From Halorussus marinus (GTDB lineage Archaea; Halobacteriota; Halobacteria; Halobacteriales; Haladaptataceae): a stretch of 64,000 nucleotides of DNA. The position numbers were made by a program, and so were the translations under genes. Location: positions 310,001 to 374,000 of the forward strand of contig NZ_SBIV01000003.1 in NCBI RefSeq assembly GCF_004765795.1. Direction: 5' to 3'. Below the pieces are notes generated by a model. That model saw only the letters and a program-made list of their open reading frames with translations, was not told where the DNA came from and ran no database searches. Position 1 is the stretch's first letter; each line of letters opens with the position of its first letter. Of the stretch, positions 59,366 to 64,000 are shown one piece after another.

Positions 59366-60088
59366 ATGCCCCGCGCCGTCGCCATCAACGTCGGAGCCAA
59401 CACGAACGCGCCCGGGAGACGCGGGCCCATCTACCCCGACGGCTCGTTCGAGTTCGTCCCGATCCCCGAGTCCGAACCCGTCCGCGAGTCGGCTTCGGTG
59501 CCGACCTACGCCGATCTGGATCTCGACGCCGACGTCCCCGAAGGTGCCCTCGACGAGCCGGTCCACCTCGACCCGGAGTTCGCCGAGTACCCCGAGTGTG
59601 AGGCCTACACCTACGGCGACCCCCACGGCGTGAAGGCCCGGCCGCTGTCGGAGCTGTCGGCCGGCGACTACGTCTTCTTCTACGCCACTCTGACCGCACG
59701 GGGCGACCCCGACCGCGGGTGGATCGCGCCCGACTGGGGGGCGTACCTCGTCGGGCAGTTCCGGCTGGCTCGGGACCCCGTTTCGGGCGAGGCGTACGCC
59801 GACCTGCCGGCCGACGACCGGGCGGCGTTCGCGACCAACGCCCACTGCAAGCGCGCCGAGTTCGACGCCGCGGTGTTGCTGGCCGGCGAACAGGCGGCGT
59901 CGGGCCTCTACGAGACGGCGGTCCCGCTGAGCTCGGCGCGAGCCGGCGCCGAGGCGAATCGGATCGTGACCGAACTGTCGAGCGACTCCGGGAAGGGGCC
60001 GTGGTGGCGCCGCCCGATGCGGTTCGGACCCGCCGAGACCGCCGACGTGCTGGCGCTGATCGAGGACGGCTACGAGCCTCCGGCGTGA
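59366..60088 (+). CDS. Nmad3-like putative nucleotide-modification-associated protein
   Basis: GPIYPDGSFEFVPIPE, HLDPEF, TYGD, GDYVFFY, NAH. Confidence 0.75.
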   Translation: MPRAVAINVGANTNAPGRRGPIYPDGSFEFVPIPESEPVRESASVPTYADLDLDADVPEGALDEPVHLDPEFAEYPECEAYTYGDPHGVKARPLSELSAGDYVFFYATLTARGDPDRGWIAPDWGAYLVGQFRLARDPVSGEAYADLPADDRAAFATNAHCKRAEFDAAVLLAGEQAASGLYETAVPLSSARAGAEANRIVTELSSDSGKGPWWRRPMRFGPAETADVLALIEDGYEPPA

Positions 60089-60209
60089 CCCGACGGGTGG
60101 CCGCCGGGATGACCACGTCAAGACGGTCGCTCACTGTGTCTCCCGTCCTTCGACTTTCGGTGGCGATTTCACTGGAAATCCGGAAACCGACTGGAGAAAG
60201 ACTGTGGAG

Positions 60210-60282
60210 TGGGCCGGCCGGGAATCGAACCCGATGCCAGACCTCACTTCGTTCGGTCTGGCATCGGGTTCGATCTCTGGCC
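60210..60282. repeat. tRNA-3'-end-derived long hairpin
   Basis: 60210-60233 matches 60310-60333 at 22/24 nt; perfect 20-bp inverted repeat 60224-60243 / 60255-60274. Confidence 0.8.
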
Positions 60283-60309
60283 TGCTCGTTCGCTCGCACG
60301 CTCGCTCAC

Positions 60310-60366
60310 TGCGCCGGCCGGGAATTGAACCCGGGCTATGAGCTTGGGAAGCTCATGTCCTACCAC
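60310..60366 (-). tRNA. tRNA-Gly(CCC) 3' fragment (57 nt), probable att site; not an intact tRNA
   Basis: Minus strand GTGGTAGGAC-ATGAG-CTTCCCAAG-CTCAT-AGC-CCGGGTTCAATTCCCGG-CCGGCGCA: intact anticodon and T arms, but no 5' D-stem strand. Confidence 0.88.
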
Positions 60367-60617
60367 CAATCGGCCTGCGCCGATTGTACTGTTTTCGGCG
60401 TCTTCTTGCTGTTTTCTACGTTCCGTACTTAGATTGAATGAGGTGTACTCCTATAAATCCCCGGTCTATTAGCTACTGGCTTATTCAAATTCAATGAGGG
60501 ACCTACTAACTCAGGCAGGAAGGGGAAATCAAAAAGTATGCTCGATAAACAATGGTTTTTCGTATATCACTAATCTAAACGATAATTCAATTGAGATGGC
60601 GGCGACTCCGTTAGTCC

Positions 60618-61262
60618 TTAGACGAGGATTCCAATTATGCCAAGAACAACTACAAGGATGAACCAAAAAATGGCTAAGCCGGCTGCAATTAGATAGCCCT
60701 TTTCAAGTGGACCGTCTGCTTTCCGCCATCTTCTTACAGCAATATTATCGCTTCTATCGGTGTTCTGGTTACTCTGTACTTTTCCAGTATCAGATGGCCC
60801 TTGTGACTTTGCCTCGACTTCCACATTCGGTTCTTCCTTTATTTCATATCCTTCACTGACACAACGTGATTTGAACCGTTCTATTGCTACTTCAACATTA
60901 TCTGTATGAACGGGGAGGACCAGTGTAGTGGTTTCTCCAGTTTCTAAATCAACCACCTCACTGCTGGCTCGCAAAACGGTATCACTTTTTCTACCGGATG
61001 CACTGTCACTAAATCCTGTATTGTAACCCATTACACCTCCGATGAGAACAAGTAGGATTCCAAATCCAATGGTTGGTGCTTTTGTAGGATTCGAGGTAGT
61101 GACTTTCGTGGTTGATTCTATCCCTGAACAGTGTCCATCACCCGGAATATCTCGTTCACCCGATACACATCCTTCTACAGTGCTTGTCTGAGTTGAAGGC
61201 ATAGCAATCCCGGCAAGAACGACTAACAATCCAATAAGGACGACGACTGATGTGCCTTTCAT
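60618..61262 (-). CDS. Hypothetical membrane protein (three hydrophobic segments)
   Basis: 214-aa ORF in AT-rich DNA; TATA-like TATATA about 30 nt upstream. Confidence 0.75.
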   Translation of the reverse strand: MKGTSVVVLIGLLVVLAGIAMPSTQTSTVEGCVSGERDIPGDGHCSGIESTTKVTTSNPTKAPTIGFGILLVLIGGVMGYNTGFSDSASGRKSDTVLRASSEVVDLETGETTTLVLPVHTDNVEVAIERFKSRCVSEGYEIKEEPNVEVEAKSQGPSDTGKVQSNQNTDRSDNIAVRRWRKADGPLEKGYLIAAGLAIFWFILVVVLGIIGILV

Positions 61263-61367
61263 ATCTTATCATTTCCGAAGATAGTACATATACTATATAT
61301 TACTTTCCTACTGATGGTAGTTGGATGCCAGAGTCCGGCAGAGGGAGTTTGACGCTATGCCTGAAAA

Positions 61368-62256
61368 CAGGCTGGAAGGGGGACGCAGAGTAGTCCTGAG
61401 CAAGGTTCACTGATACGAACTGGAAGGAAGTGAGACCAGTTGTTCCGCCTTTAATTTGATGCAGAACTGCTGTGGCCTCTCGCTTTCCTACCTAAGTTGA
61501 GAACTGGGGCTTGATTTACAGTTATAGAGAACGGGCTACCAGTGTCCTTGGCTCAGGCGGGAAGGCATCCCATCAAGGATAATTGGACATTTGTAAAGTT
61601 TTGTGGGTCTGTGGTACTCTCTGCCCCCTTTCGTACCCTTCTAACTCAGAGCTTCATATGGAGTATAACAGGGCCAAGAGCTATTTTGTAGGACTCTGAC
61701 CTACCACGTCTTCAATAACACTCCTTCCAGCCTGTCCCAATGTACTCCGTACCAGTAGTAAACCTGTATCAGTAGTATCCCTAAGAACTACTGTTAACAC
61801 TCCTTCCAGCCTGTTACAGTAGTCCCCTGTTATATTAGTAACTGTATTAGTAGTATCAGTGCCCTTGTACCAGTGCCCCTTTCCAGAAGGATTTTGCGCT
61901 CACTTGGAAATTTGAGCGAAAGTCCTCCCCCACAAATCCATTTTAAGGCCTCTGACGGGCCGTCAAATCCATTTATTTTCTCTCCAAGTGTCTTCCGTCT
62001 TCTTCGAGAAAAGAATCGGTTAGAACGGCACTCAGGGCCGTATGGATAATACAAGTTTGATATAGAAATAATTCTCATAGGAATAGGGTTGGTATCTGAT
62101 GAGGACAAAGGAATTTTACAAATGTCCAATTCTGGTCCTCGTGGGGTTGGAACATCAGAGCCATCCCCCGGGGTGTGATATAAACGTAACCCGGCGAGAT
62201 GAGATAACGAAATTTGGCTATAGAAGGGGGCGAAGTGCCTCCGCCTTCCCGCCTGA
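61368..62256. repeat. Repeat-dense non-coding region (12-bp motif family, nested inverted repeats, about 79-bp tandem unit)
   Basis: CCTTCCNGCCTG five times here (plus once at 60512); 17-bp IR 61581/62115; 14-bp IR 61553/62243; 20-bp DR 61716/61795. Confidence 0.85.
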
Positions 62257-62273
62257 CTACGAGCTACTACTGT

Positions 62274-62948
62274 CTAAGCTCCTTCTGAGTTCAATAAGTA
62301 ATCTGGATAAAGGTCAGAAGCGAGATTGATGAGATTGTATTCAAGGGATTCAAGGTTCGTCTTAAAGTCATAGAAGGGGCCAGTATCGTCAACACACCAT
62401 GCCTTAGTCCAGAAATAGACTGGTTCGCGTAATCGCCTCGTTCCAGACACAAAGAGTTCGTCAGCCCACTTCTGGTACTTTCCTTTTGGTCCTTTGTCTC
62501 GACTAACGCTATCGTCCTTGTGATGGCTCAGCACTGCGGCACTGAGTTCACCAATATGATATGCATATCCGTCACCCCAACGAGCAAGCTTCGTATTGTT
62601 AGTGCGGATATTTTCGAGATTAGCACTCAAGGTCTGCCCGTCTCGGCCATATTTCCCTGCTTTTCCGAGGTAGCGAGGCACAATACATTCTCCATCAAGA
62701 GTGTACATTAGATAGATAAGTCCCTCATATGTATCGTCAGTATCTTTCCAGTCTTGTACGACTTTCCATCCTTCCGTTCGCAGTAACTCTTCCATTTGGC
62801 GACTTCGGCGAAGAATAAGGCGGTTATCTCGCCCATACCGTTTTGTCTTTACTTCTCTTTCTTCTTTGGTCTCGAAAAGAGGGACTGGTTGTTCATTCTC
62901 TACATTTTCTGCTAACCATTGGTCCCAGACTTCACGCTTTGTCGGCAT
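62274..62948 (-). CDS. Hypothetical protein, GIY-YIG nuclease-like
   Basis: GLIYLMY-x10-YLGKA, downstream ARW and C-terminal LESLEYNLI. Confidence 0.7.
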   Translation of the reverse strand: MPTKREVWDQWLAENVENEQPVPLFETKEEREVKTKRYGRDNRLILRRSRQMEELLRTEGWKVVQDWKDTDDTYEGLIYLMYTLDGECIVPRYLGKAGKYGRDGQTLSANLENIRTNNTKLARWGDGYAYHIGELSAAVLSHHKDDSVSRDKGPKGKYQKWADELFVSGTRRLREPVYFWTKAWCVDDTGPFYDFKTNLESLEYNLINLASDLYPDYLLNSEGA

Positions 62949-63169
62949 TGATAGTCAACAGTACCCTGAAAGAAAAGTTAGTCATATGTACTTTACCTTT
63001 CCCCCTTTTAGCCTGAATGAGAACTACTACAGTTGGGATAAAGGATTCGTCTTCGATTTTCCTCATCCCACACATATAATTAAACAATAATTATAACAAT
63101 TGAAGAAGTACATGGCTGTATAATCGAATTTCATTAAACCTATGTTAGAGCTTTGCAACAGTGATTCTT

Positions 63170-64000
63170 ATGAGAATCCTTTCCAAAGGCAGTGAATTGC
63201 CTTTTGTTCACGAATCAGTGGGTTGGGATGAGCATGAAAATTTCAAAGATTACGATGTTATTTTTATCAATTTAAAAACCCTAGAACAACATTCGGGGAA
63301 TTACGACCATCCCTACAACGAATCAGAAAATTCCCCAGTTGTCTTTGAAGGCTCCAATATTACGGAATTCGTTAAAACAGGGGGATATATGGTTGTATAC
63401 TTGCCTAATTCGCTAAAAGTAGAAATGGGAGGAACAACCACTAAGCAAAATCAGAATGGAGTGAGTCCAACTACCTTGTCTCCTCGCAGAAAACAGGGTA
63501 CAGAGGATGTTGAACCTTATAGTGAGTATGAACTGTTAGACTGGCTTCCGCTCTCATTAAGGATAAATACGAATGAATCAGGGGATTCCATAGGAGAGGT
63601 TGAGTCAGAGTGGGAGTGGTATTTTGGAAACCGGTTTAGCTGGGAGAAAACTGGTTTCAAATCTGATAGTAATAGCTACTCAATAAAATCAATTGCTGAG
63701 AATTCCTACTCAAAAAATATAGCTGGTAAAGCTTTGTACGATTATGGCTCATCAGAAGGCTATATCTCTCTAATACCCCCGGATGATGGGATTGCATATT
63801 CTGAATTCGTGAAAAATACTCTTCAAAAGGTATTTGATATAGATTTAAATATAGAAGGTCGTGCCCCACCGTCGTGGTTATCAGATTATACTGTTCCCAA
63901 TGAAGAGTGCATAGAAGAAGAGATTGAAGAAAAGAAAGAGCAAATAAATGAGTTACAAGAAGAATTAGAATCCATAACTAGATTCAAGGATTTATTGTAT
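63170..64000 (+). CDS. Hypothetical protein, partial (runs off the right edge)
   Basis: Not in the ORF track: 277 open codons MRILSKGSELPF...PPSWLSDY...coiled coil...FKDLLY. Confidence 0.85.
   Translation, partial: MRILSKGSELPFVHESVGWDEHENFKDYDVIFINLKTLEQHSGNYDHPYNESENSPVVFEGSNITEFVKTGGYMVVYLPNSLKVEMGGTTTKQNQNGVSPTTLSPRRKQGTEDVEPYSEYELLDWLPLSLRINTNESGDSIGEVESEWEWYFGNRFSWEKTGFKSDSNSYSIKSIAENSYSKNIAGKALYDYGSSEGYISLIPPDDGIAYSEFVKNTLQKVFDIDLNIEGRAPPSWLSDYTVPNEECIEEEIEEKKEQINELQEELESITRFKDLLY

Larger units (their letters stand above)
60367..64000. mobile_element. Left end of a low-GC integrated element / genomic island
   Basis: Abrupt drop in GC (roughly 70% to roughly 40%, by eye) right at the tRNA fragment; AT-rich codon usage in all ORFs. 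Confidence 0.88.

Noticed and set aside
60310..60380. Intact functional tRNA-Gly
   Set aside because: Positions 8-14 lack the conserved U8/A14 and cannot form the D stem; the acceptor stem has an A-G mismatch.
59719..60432. ORF reading through the tRNA fragment as a split SSV-type integrase piece
   Set aside because: Stops about 65 nt into the island and has no tyrosine-recombinase motifs.
61716..61886. Mini CRISPR array
   Set aside because: Only two full 20-bp repeats, the spacers share a second conserved block, no resemblance to haloarchaeal 30-bp repeats, no cas genes seen.
61830..62329. ORFs 61830-62129(-) and 62099-62329(+)
   Set aside because: Short, basic, motif-less and overlapping the repeat elements; treated as non-coding.

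Overview
High-GC haloarchaeal (Halobacteria) chromosomal DNA from 1 to about 60,370, followed by an abrupt switch to much more AT-rich DNA that runs off the right edge. The host part holds mostly housekeeping and typical haloarchaeal genes: aconitase, rimI, RNase R, aIF1/SUI1, a MoxR-DUF58-transglutaminase operon, cofE/mer, engB, Nog1, thiDN, mutS/mutL, metY and kdgK. At the left end is a pair of TasA/SipW-class surface-protein genes with a divergent membrane-anchored HTH regulator. The AT-rich part starts exactly at a 5'-degenerate tRNA-Gly(CCC) copy, read here as an att scar of an integrated element. It carries a membrane protein, a GIY-YIG-like ORF, a partial ORF, and about 1 kb of non-coding DNA with an orientation-switching 12-bp motif and nested 14- and 17-bp inverted repeats. 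Other signals not in the ORF track: micro-uORFs overlapping the GTG starts of three genes (TPP enzyme, mutS, mutL), an ATG-TAA-TG start-stop at aIF1, in-frame palindromic insertions in mutS and udg, a frameshifted TrmB-family gene and several small proteins. Family names come from motif recognition by eye; no database searches were run. Many starts were moved downstream of the ORF-track starts.
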